Source of the DNA: Geotalea uraniireducens Rf4
Lineage (GTDB): Bacteria; Desulfobacterota; Desulfuromonadia; Geobacterales; Geobacteraceae
Length of the DNA stretch: 32,000 bases
Reading direction: 5' to 3'
Assembly: GCF_000016745.1 (NCBI RefSeq)
Contig: NC_009483.1
Coordinates: 3,060,001 to 3,092,000 of the forward strand
A program made the translations under genes and the position numbers. Positions 1 through 8,278 of this stretch are shown in pieces. Below the pieces are notes generated by a model, which was given only the letters and a program-made list of their open reading frames with translations, had not been told where the DNA came from and did no database searches. Position 1 is the first letter of the stretch, and each line of letters begins with the position of its first letter.

Positions 1-360
1 GTCCAGGTAGAAGTAGTACTCCTTCACATCCTCGCCGTGGTTCGCTTCGCTGTTGGTCAATCCGAAGAGCCGTTCCTTGAGAATGGCGTCCTTCCCGTTC
101 CAGAGGGCGAGAGCAAAGCAGAGGTGCTGCTTGTCATCGGAAATGCCGGCGATGCCGTCCTCGCCCCAGCGGTAGGCGCGCGAGCGGGCATGATCGTGGG
201 TGAAGAAATTCCAGGCGTCACCCCCTTCGCTGTAATCCTCCCGCACCGTCCCCCATTGTCGTTCGGTGAGGTACGGTCCCCATTTCCGCCACAGAACGTT
301 ATTTTTACGGGTTTCTTCCAGGCGCTGCGCTTCGCTTGTCAAAGGCTTTTTCTCGTTCAT
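1..360 (-). CDS. GH63/MGH1-like glycoside hydrolase (glucosidase), N-terminal 120 codons; the gene continues past the window start
   Basis: Absent from the ORF track because it runs off the edge. Hand translation from the ATG at 358-360: [120 protein letters not shown]. The [18 protein letters not shown] and [12 protein letters not shown] blocks match my memory of this family. GGAGG at 368-372 lies 7 nt upstream of the ATG. Confidence 0.6.
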   Translation of the reverse strand, partial: MNEKKPLTSEAQRLEETRKNNVLWRKWGPYLTERQWGTVREDYSEGGDAWNFFTHDHARSRAYRWGEDGIAGISDDKQHLCFALALWNGKDAILKERLFGLTNSEANHGEDVKEYYFYLD

Positions 361-470
361 GGCTGAACCTCCCCTGGATATGACTTATCAGCTCTGCATA
401 TTTTCACCGTGTCGCCCGGGCACATTGAGACGCCCGGGTGACACTGCCGACGGCTCTCCCCTGTTTCCCT

Positions 471-1583
471 TCAATCCGTGCGTCTTTCTTCCGGTTGCAA
501 CTCCTCCTGTTCAGGCCTGCCCCGCGTGATCCACGCCCCGAGCAGGGTGTAGGTCACGGCGAGCATCACCGGCCCTATGAACAGCCCGATAACGCCAAAG
601 GCGATGAGGCCTCCGATCACGCCGGCAAAGATCAGCAGCAGGGGGAGGTCAGCGCCCTTCTTGATGAGGACCGGGCGGATAAAGTTGTCGATGGTACCGA
701 CAATGATCCCCCAAACGATCATGGCCGTTCCCCAGAGGGCCTGGTCGACCCAGTACAGCCACACGATCACCGGGATGAGCACGAGGCCGGGACCGACCTG
801 GGCCACGCAGAGGATGAAAATAACTACCGTAAGCAGGCCCGGAGCCGGGATTCCGGCCACGACCAGACCGATGCCGGCGAGGAGCGACTGGATCACGGCT
901 GTGACGACGACCCCGAGCGCTACGCCACGGATTGCTTTGGCAGCGAGGATTACAGCGTCTTCGCCGTTCCGGTCGCCCAGCCGCCGTGCAAAGAGGCAGA
1001 TGCCGCTGGCAGCCTTCTCGCCATTGGCAAAGAGGACCGCGCTGATGATCACGGTCAGCAGGAACTGAACGATCATCATTCCGACGTTGCCCGCCCGGGT
1101 AACCAGCCAGCTCACGATCTCCTTCGCATGGGGAGCCAGGCGTTCGGACAGCTCTGCCTGGCCCACCGTCGTGAGATAATGCCAGCGGGCGGCGAGTTTC
1201 GGACCGGCTAAGGGGAGTTGCTCAACCCACTCCGGTGGCGGCGGCATGGTGAACGTGGCAAGGGATTTTGACCAGCCGACAATCTCGTCGGACCGTTCAA
1301 TGATACTGATGATGGCGAGCGTGAAGGGGACGATGAACACCAGCAGCAGCGCAACGGTCATCGCGGTCACGGCAAGCGCCCTCTTGCCCCGGAGCCGCTT
1401 CTGAACGCCTAGCATGAGCGGCCACGTTGTCACCACTATCATGGTTGCCCAAACAAGCGCCGTAAAGAACGGGCGCAGTATCCAGAAACTGGCGGCCGTG
1501 AGGATGCCGATAAAGAGCACCGCCAGGGTCGTGCGGGCGATATCCGGGGTGGTATGATAGGGCGTCATTGGCATTTTCCCCAT
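471..1583 (-). CDS. AI-2E family transporter (UPF0118/PerM-like permease)
   Basis: ORF 471..1589. Polytopic hydrophobic protein with a family-typical C-terminal block (KKGADLPLLLIFAGVIGGLIAFGVIGLFIGPV). The codon at 1587-1589 is TTG; the first ATG is at 1583. Start choice is uncertain. Confidence 0.75.
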   Translation of the reverse strand: MGKMPMTPYHTTPDIARTTLAVLFIGILTAASFWILRPFFTALVWATMIVVTTWPLMLGVQKRLRGKRALAVTAMTVALLLVFIVPFTLAIISIIERSDEIVGWSKSLATFTMPPPPEWVEQLPLAGPKLAARWHYLTTVGQAELSERLAPHAKEIVSWLVTRAGNVGMMIVQFLLTVIISAVLFANGEKAASGICLFARRLGDRNGEDAVILAAKAIRGVALGVVVTAVIQSLLAGIGLVVAGIPAPGLLTVVIFILCVAQVGPGLVLIPVIVWLYWVDQALWGTAMIVWGIIVGTIDNFIRPVLIKKGADLPLLLIFAGVIGGLIAFGVIGLFIGPVMLAVTYTLLGAWITRGRPEQEELQPEERRTD

Positions 1584-1619
1584 GGTCAAAAATCTAGCAG
1601 GTGCTCAACCGAACTTCAT

Positions 1620-2258
1620 TCACGGCGATTTCATGACGTCTCTGGCCGTGATACTGTCGCCCATCTCCTTGCCTAACCGGTCGAGCGCCCGTTGCATCGC
1701 GGCAACCATCGCATCGTAGCTCTGGCCGTCGACCTTCTCGGTTATCGCCGCTTCCTTTACGAGCAGTGACTCGTCGGTTGTCTCCTTTTTGGCAAACACC
1801 CCCCACCTCGCGCTCAGCACGACCGAATCGCCGGGGATACCGTCGAAGCGGGAAATGCTGACCGGAACCCGATACGAGGTCCCCATTATACTCAGGGGCA
1901 TTGACTGCCAGGAGAACACCGAAATGTTGGCAGATGCCAGCCGGCCCGAGAGATTCGCCACGAGAGAGCGGGTGATCTCATCGGCGAGCGACCCTCCCCA
2001 TCGGTCAAACTCGGCAATGATGAGCTCGTTCTGCCCGGAGCGGGTAACAATCTGCCGACGGTCCAGGTAATCGGGGATGAATACGGGACCCAGCGATATT
2101 ATGGCAGATCGCCCCGTCGGAAGTTGACTGCTGCGGGTTTCCAGCGGCGCCAGGGTGTAAAAACGGGAGGGCGGTGACGTGCCTCCGAAACAGCCCGCCA
2201 GGACAGGGGACAGGCCGCAGGCCAGAAGCAGGAACCGGATTGGACGGTATTTTTTCAT
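1620..2258 (-). CDS. PqiC/YmbA-like ABC-transport auxiliary lipoprotein
   Basis: 212-aa ORF with signal peptide and lipobox (LLLACGLSPVLAGC). AGGAG lies upstream of the ATG at 2258. It sits immediately downstream of the MlaD-like gene, a typical position for DUF330/PqiC lipoproteins. Confidence 0.65.
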   Translation of the reverse strand: MKKYRPIRFLLLACGLSPVLAGCFGGTSPPSRFYTLAPLETRSSQLPTGRSAIISLGPVFIPDYLDRRQIVTRSGQNELIIAEFDRWGGSLADEITRSLVANLSGRLASANISVFSWQSMPLSIMGTSYRVPVSISRFDGIPGDSVVLSARWGVFAKKETTDESLLVKEAAITEKVDGQSYDAMVAAMQRALDRLGKEMGDSITARDVMKSP

Positions 2259-2273
2259 GACATACTCCTGTAA

Positions 2274-3260
2274 CTACTGTTTTCCTTTGATGAGTGACTC
2301 GGGATGTCGCTCGAGATAGTCGGCAAGTGAGCGGATGGCGCGCGACGTCGAATCGAGCTCTGTCAACGTCTTGGTCACGCTATACCCGAGATCGGCATTG
2401 CGCTCAGCCAGCTTTTCGTAGGTTAACAAGGCCGCGCGCAGTTGATCGAAGGAGGCGCTGCTCTTCGCCAGGGTTTCCCGGAGACTCACCGCAATATCCC
2501 CCGGCACCCCTTCTTTCAGTGCCAGGGTCTTCTCAGCCTGGGTAAAAGCGCCACGGGCTGCAACCGAGGTCTCCGAGAGGTTTTCGACGAGCGGATCGAC
2601 CTTGTCGTTGACATGCTTCACGAGTGCCTGAACATCCCGTATGGCAGCCTCTATGGTCCGCGTCGTCTTTTTCGCGTCTATGGAGCTGACAACCCGGTCG
2701 ATTTCCTCGAGCGTGCTATTCAGGTTGTCGATGATCTCCTCGAGCGGGAGGTTCTCGAGTGTCTTCTGCAACTGCTCGAGCGACGTCGGGATGCTCGGTA
2801 TCTCGGGGTACTTCTTGGTCAGCCCCACATAGTTGGCCGGCTTGTCGGGGAAAAAGTCGAGGGCAACCATCAACTGCCCGGTCACGAAGCTCTGGGTCTG
2901 GAGCTGGGCTCTCAAGCCAAGGTCGACAGCGTATTTGACATACCTCGGATCCTGCCGGAACTGAACCTTGGCCCCTCTGAATTTCTCCGGATCCAGCGTG
3001 AATACCACCGGTATGAGCAACTCTTTTTTCGAGGGATCTACGATGATGCTGATATCGGTTACCGAGCCGACCTTCACCCCACGGAACATCACGGGCGACC
3101 CCACGTTCAGCCCTTTCACGGAGCCCACAAAGTAGGTGATATAGACGAACTCCTTGGTAAAGAACTTGCCGGCGCCAAGAACGAGCACCCCCGCGACAAA
3201 AAGGGCAATTGCTCCGAGGACGAACGCTCCGATCGCTGTTTTGTTTACTTTCGTACTCAT
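2274..3260 (-). CDS. mlaD: MlaD/MCE-domain substrate-binding protein of an ABC lipid transporter
   Basis: 328-aa ORF with an N-terminal TM helix, then an MCE block (GSVKGLNVGSPVMFRGVKVGSVTDISI) and a long helical C-terminal part. GGAG RBS lies upstream of the ATG at 3260. Confidence 0.75.
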   Translation of the reverse strand: MSTKVNKTAIGAFVLGAIALFVAGVLVLGAGKFFTKEFVYITYFVGSVKGLNVGSPVMFRGVKVGSVTDISIIVDPSKKELLIPVVFTLDPEKFRGAKVQFRQDPRYVKYAVDLGLRAQLQTQSFVTGQLMVALDFFPDKPANYVGLTKKYPEIPSIPTSLEQLQKTLENLPLEEIIDNLNSTLEEIDRVVSSIDAKKTTRTIEAAIRDVQALVKHVNDKVDPLVENLSETSVAARGAFTQAEKTLALKEGVPGDIAVSLRETLAKSSASFDQLRAALLTYEKLAERNADLGYSVTKTLTELDSTSRAIRSLADYLERHPESLIKGKQ

Positions 3261-3293
3261 CGGTTTCTCCGTTCTGAGGGAATATGGACACGC

Positions 3294-4085
3294 TCAGCTT
3301 TGCTGCGCGCCTTCACCCCGCGTCAGGAAGTTGATGACTTTCGGGTCAGGCGACTCCTTGAGGAGCCGCTTCGGATCGCCGGCGCCGGTCATCGTTTTCA
3401 CATCCGGGTCCAGAAAGACCGAGTTGGTGCCGATGGCAAAGATACTCGCCAGTTCATGGGTCACCACCACCACCGTGGTGCCGAGGCTTTCGCTCAGCTC
3501 TATGATCAGGTCATCCAGCAGCCGGGCGCTGATGGGGTCGAGACCGGCGGACGGCTCGTCGAAAAAGAGGAGGTCCGGATCGAGCGACATTGCCCGGGCG
3601 AGACCCGCCCGTTTCTTCATGCCGCCGCTGATCTCCGACGGATAAAAGTCCTCGAAGCCGCCGAGCCCGACCAATGACAGCTTGAAGGACACCAGATCCC
3701 GGATCTGCCCCGGCGGGAGGGTAGTGTACTGCTCAAGCGGCAGAGCGACGTTTTCCGCCAGGGTCATGGAGCTCCAGAGCGCCCCACTCTGGAAGAGGAT
3801 GCCGAAGCGCCGCTTGAGCCGTTCCTGAACCTCGTGCTCGGCCTCCCAGTAACTGACGCCGTCATAGAGGATCTCCCCCCTGGCAGGCCGCTTGAGCCCC
3901 ACCAGCATCTTGAGGAGCGTACTCTTGCCGCAACCGCTCCCCCCCATGATGATGAAGATGTCACCCCGGTTGATGGTGAAGTTGAGGTCTCGCATGAGCA
4001 CGAAACTGCCATAGGACATCTCCAGGCCGCGCACTTCGATGACAGCATCTTTGCCGCTCCTGGACTCTTCCGCCGGCATGTTCAT
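3294..4085 (-). CDS. mlaF: ABC transporter ATP-binding protein, MlaF-like
   Basis: Only the last 263 aa of track ORF 3294..4862 are credible: MNMPAEESRSGKDAVIEVRGL... Walker A GGSGCGKST, signature ISGGMKKRAGLARA, Walker B LLFFDEPSAGLD. The ATG at 4083-4085 overlaps the TGA (4082-4084) of the upstream permease as an ATGA overlap. Confidence 0.85.
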   Translation of the reverse strand: MNMPAEESRSGKDAVIEVRGLEMSYGSFVLMRDLNFTINRGDIFIIMGGSGCGKSTLLKMLVGLKRPARGEILYDGVSYWEAEHEVQERLKRRFGILFQSGALWSSMTLAENVALPLEQYTTLPPGQIRDLVSFKLSLVGLGGFEDFYPSEISGGMKKRAGLARAMSLDPDLLFFDEPSAGLDPISARLLDDLIIELSESLGTTVVVVTHELASIFAIGTNSVFLDPDVKTMTGAGDPKRLLKESPDPKVINFLTRGEGAQQS

Positions 4086-5209
4086 ATCCCCAGTACCTGA
4101 CAGGAAAGGGTGATGATCGCCGTTGCAACGACAATGCAGACGATGCCGGTCACCACCGCCGAAGTGGCGGCATAACCTACCGCCGAGGCGCTCCGCTCGC
4201 ACTGCAAGCCGCGCAGGCAGCCGGCCACCGCTACGAGGATGCCGAAAACGAAGCTGTGGAAAAGGCCGACCAGGAAATGGGTGAGGTTCAGGGCGGACCT
4301 GGACTGGTGCACGTACTCCATGAAACCAAGGTCGAGCATCCCCACTCCGACGATCATCCCCCCAAGGACCCCCATCAGGTCCGAGTAGACGCAGAGGAGC
4401 GGCATCATCAGCATGAGCGCCAGCATCCTCGGCAGGACGAGGAACTCCACCGGCGAAAAACCCAGGGTCTCCAGGGCATCGATCTCCTCGTTGACCTGCA
4501 TGGTGCCGAGCTGGGCGGCAAAGGCTGCGCCGGTTCTGCCGGACATGATGATGCCGGTCATGATGGCACCCATGACCCGCACAATGCCGATTCCCACCAC
4601 GTCGGCCACGTAGATCTGCGCCCCGAACATCTTCAGTTGGATTGACGCGATAAAGGCCAGGATCATCCCGACCAGCAGACTGATGAGGGTCACGATGGGG
4701 AGCGCCTGCGCGCCGGTTTCCTGGATGGTGACGATCAGGTCCATACGCCTGAAATCGGCCTTGCCCCGCAGCATCTTGACGAACGCCAGCGTCGCCTCCC
4801 CGATGAAGGCAAGCACCTCCTTGGCCCCCTTGACCTGAGCCAAAGCCGTATCCGCAACCCACACAAGGAACGAGGGGTGCTCTCCGCCATGCGTCACCCC
4901 CGAGCGCTGCTTTTCGGGAGATGCCAGGTCTATTAGTTTCCGCACCCCCGCCGGCAGGCCGGACTCATCGACACTGATGCCGTTGCGGCGGCAGATATCG
5001 AACAGTTTCGCCAGAAAGACCAGGAGCCCGCTATCCCAACCTTGGAGGTTCCCGGTTTCAAAGGCAAGACGCTGTCCCTTCTCCGCCGCGCCAAGTCCGG
5101 CAATCACGCCGTCCGGTGATGGGATCGCACTTCCCAGCCGCCAATCTCCGGCCAGGGTGAGCAGGGCACCGTCCGGGGTTTTATCGATTTTGAGTTCGCT
5201 CGGGATCAT
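4082..5209 (-). CDS. mlaE: MlaE-family ABC permease with an N-terminal STAS-like extension
   Basis: ORF 4082..5320. The C-terminal two thirds is a typical MlaE permease (IVTLISLLVGMILAF..., GRTGAAFAAQLGTMQVNEEIDALETLG). The start is uncertain: ATG at 5209 (MIPSELKID..) is preferred, alternatives are ATG 5263 and TTG 5320. Confidence 0.8.
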   Translation of the reverse strand: MIPSELKIDKTPDGALLTLAGDWRLGSAIPSPDGVIAGLGAAEKGQRLAFETGNLQGWDSGLLVFLAKLFDICRRNGISVDESGLPAGVRKLIDLASPEKQRSGVTHGGEHPSFLVWVADTALAQVKGAKEVLAFIGEATLAFVKMLRGKADFRRMDLIVTIQETGAQALPIVTLISLLVGMILAFIASIQLKMFGAQIYVADVVGIGIVRVMGAIMTGIIMSGRTGAAFAAQLGTMQVNEEIDALETLGFSPVEFLVLPRMLALMLMMPLLCVYSDLMGVLGGMIVGVGMLDLGFMEYVHQSRSALNLTHFLVGLFHSFVFGILVAVAGCLRGLQCERSASAVGYAATSAVVTGIVCIVVATAIITLSCQVLGI

Positions 5210-5562
5210 GCTGTGGCACGCGCCTTTCTCTATGACACTCTGTCGGTGGCGAATTAACACCATTTCATAATGGGAAAACCATGCCACTTTCTTCTCCGCG
5301 GCATACAACTGCAAAAACAAAAGGTTCGTGGCATTCGGGCATAACCGGAATTTTGCGGTGGGGACGACATTTCGTCTCTAGCGTGATATTTCGTCTCTGT
5401 TCGGAGGAATCACCTTTATTTCAATCGGCTGACCGGCAGCCAGATGCAGGTCCCGTTGCGGGAAAGGAATGGCGATACCCGCTTCAGCGAGCCGCCCGGT
5501 GATGCGGTGCCGGATGTCGCTGCAGACCACGAGACTGTTTATCGCGGGATCCATTTCGATCC

Positions 5563-5571
5563 AGAAATAGG
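5563..5571. repeat. Left copy of the 9-bp target-site duplication AGAAATAGG
   Basis: Identical 9-mer at 5791-5799, directly abutting the two terminal inverted repeats. Confidence 0.7.
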
Positions 5572-5790
5572 CAGCGTTGTCCGGTTTGGTTTTTGCTTAC
5601 GTCCCGTAGGGACAGAATACTGGTAGCCGGGGAATTCATTCCCCGGTCATCCAGGCGAAATATCATCACGTCACGTACGTGACGTGGGGAAATATAGCAT
5701 CTCATCCGGGGGATGAATCCCCCGGCTACATTCGAACGCCCCTAATGGGGCTTAACAACCTTGATGCACAAACCAAACCGGACAACGCTG
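5572..5790. mobile_element. 219-bp MITE-like non-autonomous element
   Basis: Perfect 21-bp terminal inverted repeats: CAGCGTTGTCCGGTTTGGTTT at 5572-5592 and its reverse complement at 5770-5790. Flanked by direct 9-bp repeats. No ORF inside. Removing the element plus one repeat copy restores the MscS reading frame (..TFTAYFWIE..). The interior is a symmetric series of hairpins. Confidence 0.65.
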
Positions 5791-5799
5791 AGAAATAGG
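5791..5799. repeat. Right copy of the 9-bp target-site duplication AGAAATAGG
   Basis: Identical to 5563-5571. Confidence 0.7.
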
Positions 5800-5983
5800 C
5801 GGTAAAGGTGAGCGAGCTGTCGGCGAAGTTTTCGAACACCAGAGTGCGCCGCCGAAGATCATGACCCCTGCCTACCGGGCCGACACGCCGGAGCCCAAGG
5901 TCGTGCCGCGGGAGAAGTGGTATGAGCCGCCGGCGCAGAAAGCTGAATAAGCTCAGAACAGGCTGACCACTGTCAGCTCCGGA

Positions 5984-6304
5984 TCAGCCGGGGCCAACGG
6001 TATCCGCCACGGCCCTGATGAAGGCGTCCCCGTTGACAGCCCGCCGTACCGCACTGGTGGCGACCGTTTCAACCCCGATCACCCCGAACCCGTCGACGAT
6101 TTTCTTTATCCGGACGAGCGCCTCCATGGCCCGCTGCCAGGCGGCTTCCGCAATGGTGTTATCCCGGGCGAGCCCTTCGCCAAGGCGCACCGTTGCCTTC
6201 TCATCGTCCAGAACCCGGAACTTTCCCTGCAGGTCCGCTTCCACCACGATGCAGCGGATGGAATTCGTGCCGATGTCGATGGCTGCCAATCTCCGGTTTC
6301 TCAC
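5984..6304 (-). pseudogene. ppx: Exopolyphosphatase (Ppx/GppA family), N-terminal 106 codons only
   Basis: MRNRRLAAIDIGTNSIRCIVVE...VATSAVRRAVNGDAFIRAVADTVGPG* carries the Ppx/GppA N-terminal ASKHA phosphate-1 motif (DIGTNS). It stops where family members continue for several hundred more residues. GTG start at 6302-6304 overlaps the CHAD gene's TGA as a GTGA overlap. Confidence 0.65.
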
Positions 6305-7194
6305 AGCGCGCTCCTTAACCGCTCCCCGATCTTCTCCGGTGACATGGTGTCCAGCATGCCGGTGAACTCGGCAAAAAGCCCTTCCCTGCGAGTGGCAATG
6401 GCGTTGAGGACGGTCTTCCCGGTCCCGCCGGCCAGCTTGGCATCCCGGACGATGCCGGCAAAGACATCCAGGTCATGCATCCGTCCGAGGACATCCTGAT
6501 ACGCCTTGAGCCTGTCACAGAGTTCCGGAAAACCGGCGCCGAAGAGGCCCTCCAGTATCTCGGCCCGGTAACGGAAGTGCTTGACGGCGATCCGCAGGCG
6601 GTGCTGGGCTTCGATCTCCCCCGCCCGGCGCGCTTGAGGCACCAGTTCCATGACCGCGGAGAGGCCGGCATCGATGGCTTGCCGGGCAAAGACCGACAGG
6701 GGAACAAAAGGATCGACCGAAATGCCGGATGCGAAAAGGGATGGCGCGCTCACGACCCGCAGATACCCGCGCCGCAACGCCCACGGCGCGAATTCCCGCA
6801 GGGCCGCACGCAGCCGCTTGAGCTCTTTTTTCCGCTCCACCCGGAAAGAATCCTGCACGTGCGCGAGCTCCGCGCGGTAGGGATCGCCGAACTCTTCTGC
6901 CAGGGACGTGAAGAAAAGAAGCGCCTCGTCGGTGTTGCGGATCGCGCCCAGCGCGCGCGTTACCCGGCGAAAACTCTTGCCGAGAGGGGCAATTTCGGCA
7001 GGGGGATAACAGGAGGCGAAGAGCGCAAGGCCTTCGCGCAAACGTCGGGATGCCACCCGGAGGTCGTGGATGTCCTCGGCATCGGCTGTTGCAAGCGCCT
7101 TGTCCCGGCGCGCAAAAAAGTCGTCACCCCGTTCGGAGAGGAGGAGCCGGCACGCAATCCAGAGCGGCGTCGCGCCCTCGACCTGCGCCTTCAT
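6301..7194 (-). CDS. CHAD domain-containing protein
   Basis: 297-aa all-helical ORF with the repeated CHAD signatures DIHDLRVASRRLRE and HRLRIAVKHFRYRAE. ATGA overlap with the upstream gene at 7191-7194. Confidence 0.8.
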   Translation of the reverse strand: MKAQVEGATPLWIACRLLLSERGDDFFARRDKALATADAEDIHDLRVASRRLREGLALFASCYPPAEIAPLGKSFRRVTRALGAIRNTDEALLFFTSLAEEFGDPYRAELAHVQDSFRVERKKELKRLRAALREFAPWALRRGYLRVVSAPSLFASGISVDPFVPLSVFARQAIDAGLSAVMELVPQARRAGEIEAQHRLRIAVKHFRYRAEILEGLFGAGFPELCDRLKAYQDVLGRMHDLDVFAGIVRDAKLAGGTGKTVLNAIATRREGLFAEFTGMLDTMSPEKIGERLRSAL

Positions 7195-7544
7195 CCCCGT
7201 TTCCCTCTCCCCTTCCCCTTGCGCCGGTCCTGGGCACTCACGACCTGCTCCGCAAGCTCTTCAATCAGACCGTCGATTTCCTTCAGGTCCTTGAGCCGCC
7301 CCTTGGCCTGCTTCACCTTGAGGCTGTGGATCTCGCGAAGCCAATTGGGCGCCTCGCCCCTGAGGGTCCCGACAGGAACGGCGGCAAGATGGCTGAGGAT
7401 CGTCTCGATCTCCCCTTCCCGGCGCAGGATGAAGCTTTCCCCCACGTCGCGCACCACCTCCCGGAGATGCTTCAGCTCGCGGACCAAATCCTCGCGTGCC
7501 GCTCCGTTGCCGCCATGATTGTTGTTTCTGGGCTCCCCCCCCAT
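7191..7544 (-). CDS. Hypothetical coiled-coil protein with a Lys/Arg/Gly-rich C-terminal tail
   Basis: Track ORF 7191..7592. I prefer the ATG at 7544 (MGGEPRNNNHGG...), 1 nt after the upstream TGA (7546-7548). It ends ..SAQDRRKGKGRGKRG*. No family recognised. Confidence 0.5.
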   Translation of the reverse strand: MGGEPRNNNHGGNGAAREDLVRELKHLREVVRDVGESFILRREGEIETILSHLAAVPVGTLRGEAPNWLREIHSLKVKQAKGRLKDLKEIDGLIEELAEQVVSAQDRRKGKGRGKRG

Positions 7545-7545
7545 G

Positions 7546-8226
7546 TCAGATCCCCATAAGCCCTTCGACCCGGGCCGTGATTTCCCCGGCAACGGAGCAG
7601 ATCGAGCGGTTGCCGTTCACTGCATTGAAGCCGTACTCCTGCTGCATCAAAGTGAACTCCTTCTGGATGAGCCGCTGATAGCGTATGAAGCTGTCGAAGA
7701 TGTCGCGTGAAAGCCCCAGGTCCATACCGGCCTCCCAGTAGTCGAGCGTGGCGTTCTTGCGAAAATTCCGCTCCACCAGTTGCGAGGGGCTTACCCGCAG
7801 ATAGATCACCAGGTCCGGCACCAGCGCGAGACCGTAAAGGGACCGGACCCAGTCGCGATCCGCCCCCCGCACGATATCCCTCGCCATGAGCGTGTAAATG
7901 TAGCGGTCGGCGAGCACGATGAACCCTGCCCTCAGCGCCGGGATAATCCGGTTTTCCAGCTGGTCGGCGAAGTCGGTGGCGTAAAAGAGGCTCCGCGTTA
8001 TCTCGCCGAGGACGTTTCCCTGCTTGGCTTCCTGTAATTCTTCCGAAACCAGGGTCGAGCGCCGCAACCCCACGTCCACCGTGGCGTGTCCCCTCCCCTC
8101 CAGGTAATCCTTGAGCAACGCCATCTGGGTCGAGCGGCCGGAGCCGTCCGCCCCCTCGATGACGATCAGCTTCCCGGCAAGCTGGCTGGTGTCGACGCCG
8201 GGAAGTCCTTCTCCGTAAAAGTTCAT
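7546..8226 (-). CDS. Thymidylate kinase-like P-loop protein, Walker A Lys replaced by Arg
   Basis: 226 aa. P-loop VIEGADGSGRST (canonical Tmk is EGxxGxGK[ST]T), plus a DRY motif (LADRYIYT). Clear paralog of the adjacent 8279..8962 product (shared ..YWEAGMDLGLS.. vs ..YHEAGMDLGLS..). GAGGA RBS lies upstream of the ATG at 8226. Confidence 0.7.
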   Translation of the reverse strand: MNFYGEGLPGVDTSQLAGKLIVIEGADGSGRSTQMALLKDYLEGRGHATVDVGLRRSTLVSEELQEAKQGNVLGEITRSLFYATDFADQLENRIIPALRAGFIVLADRYIYTLMARDIVRGADRDWVRSLYGLALVPDLVIYLRVSPSQLVERNFRKNATLDYWEAGMDLGLSRDIFDSFIRYQRLIQKEFTLMQQEYGFNAVNGNRSICSVAGEITARVEGLMGI

Positions 8227-8278
8227 CCAATTCCTCGCAATTCAGGCTGACAGGCCTTTAAATCATTCTTCATCCTTA

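Larger units (their letters stand above)
5378..5860 (-). pseudogene. Mechanosensitive channel (MscS family) C-terminal remnant, interrupted by a MITE-like insertion
   Basis: Hand translation of the minus strand with 5572-5799 removed: ..TLVFENFADSSLTFTAYFWIEMDPAINSLVVCSDIRHRITGRLAEAGIAIPFPQRDLHLAAGQPIEIKVIPPNRDEISR* (stop at 5378-5380). The FxxFxDSSL...FW and IPFPQRD blocks are the classic MscS C-terminal domain. No TM or N-terminal part exists; only about 125 bp separate the last recognisable residues from the stop of the next ORF at 5984. Confidence 0.6.

Noticed and set aside
409-444. 12-bp stem hairpin (GTGTCGCCCGGG / CCCGGGTGACAC) after the AI-2E gene as a rho-independent terminator
   Set aside because: No U-tract follows on the minus strand, and the stem has a C-A mismatch in that orientation. 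At most it is a stabilising structure.
4086-4862. N-terminal 259 codons of track ORF 3294..4862 (a 522-aa version of the ABC ATPase)
   Set aside because: This part overlaps the MlaE permease gene in another frame and reads as G/R/H/D-rich nonsense. The ATPase homology starts at MNMPAEES (ATG at 4085), which overlaps the permease stop.
1620-5209. The MlaFED-PqiC cluster as a novel system
   Set aside because: An ATPase, a STAS-fused MlaE permease, an MCE protein and a DUF330/PqiC lipoprotein together form a commonly seen ABC lipid-trafficking operon arrangement. Nothing atypical is visible in the sequence.
5368-5398. Direct repeat ATTTCGTCTCT at 5368-5378 and 5388-5398, next to the MscS remnant stop
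   Set aside because: It is only 11 bp and two copies, with no associated structure or other copies seen. It is probably fortuitous.
5860-5949. 29-codon plus-strand ORF (MTPAYRADTPEPKVVPREKWYEPPAQKAE*) inside the ppx/mscS junction
   Set aside because: It is too short, has no RBS, is the only plus-strand candidate in the window, and lies in what appears to be deletion-scar sequence.
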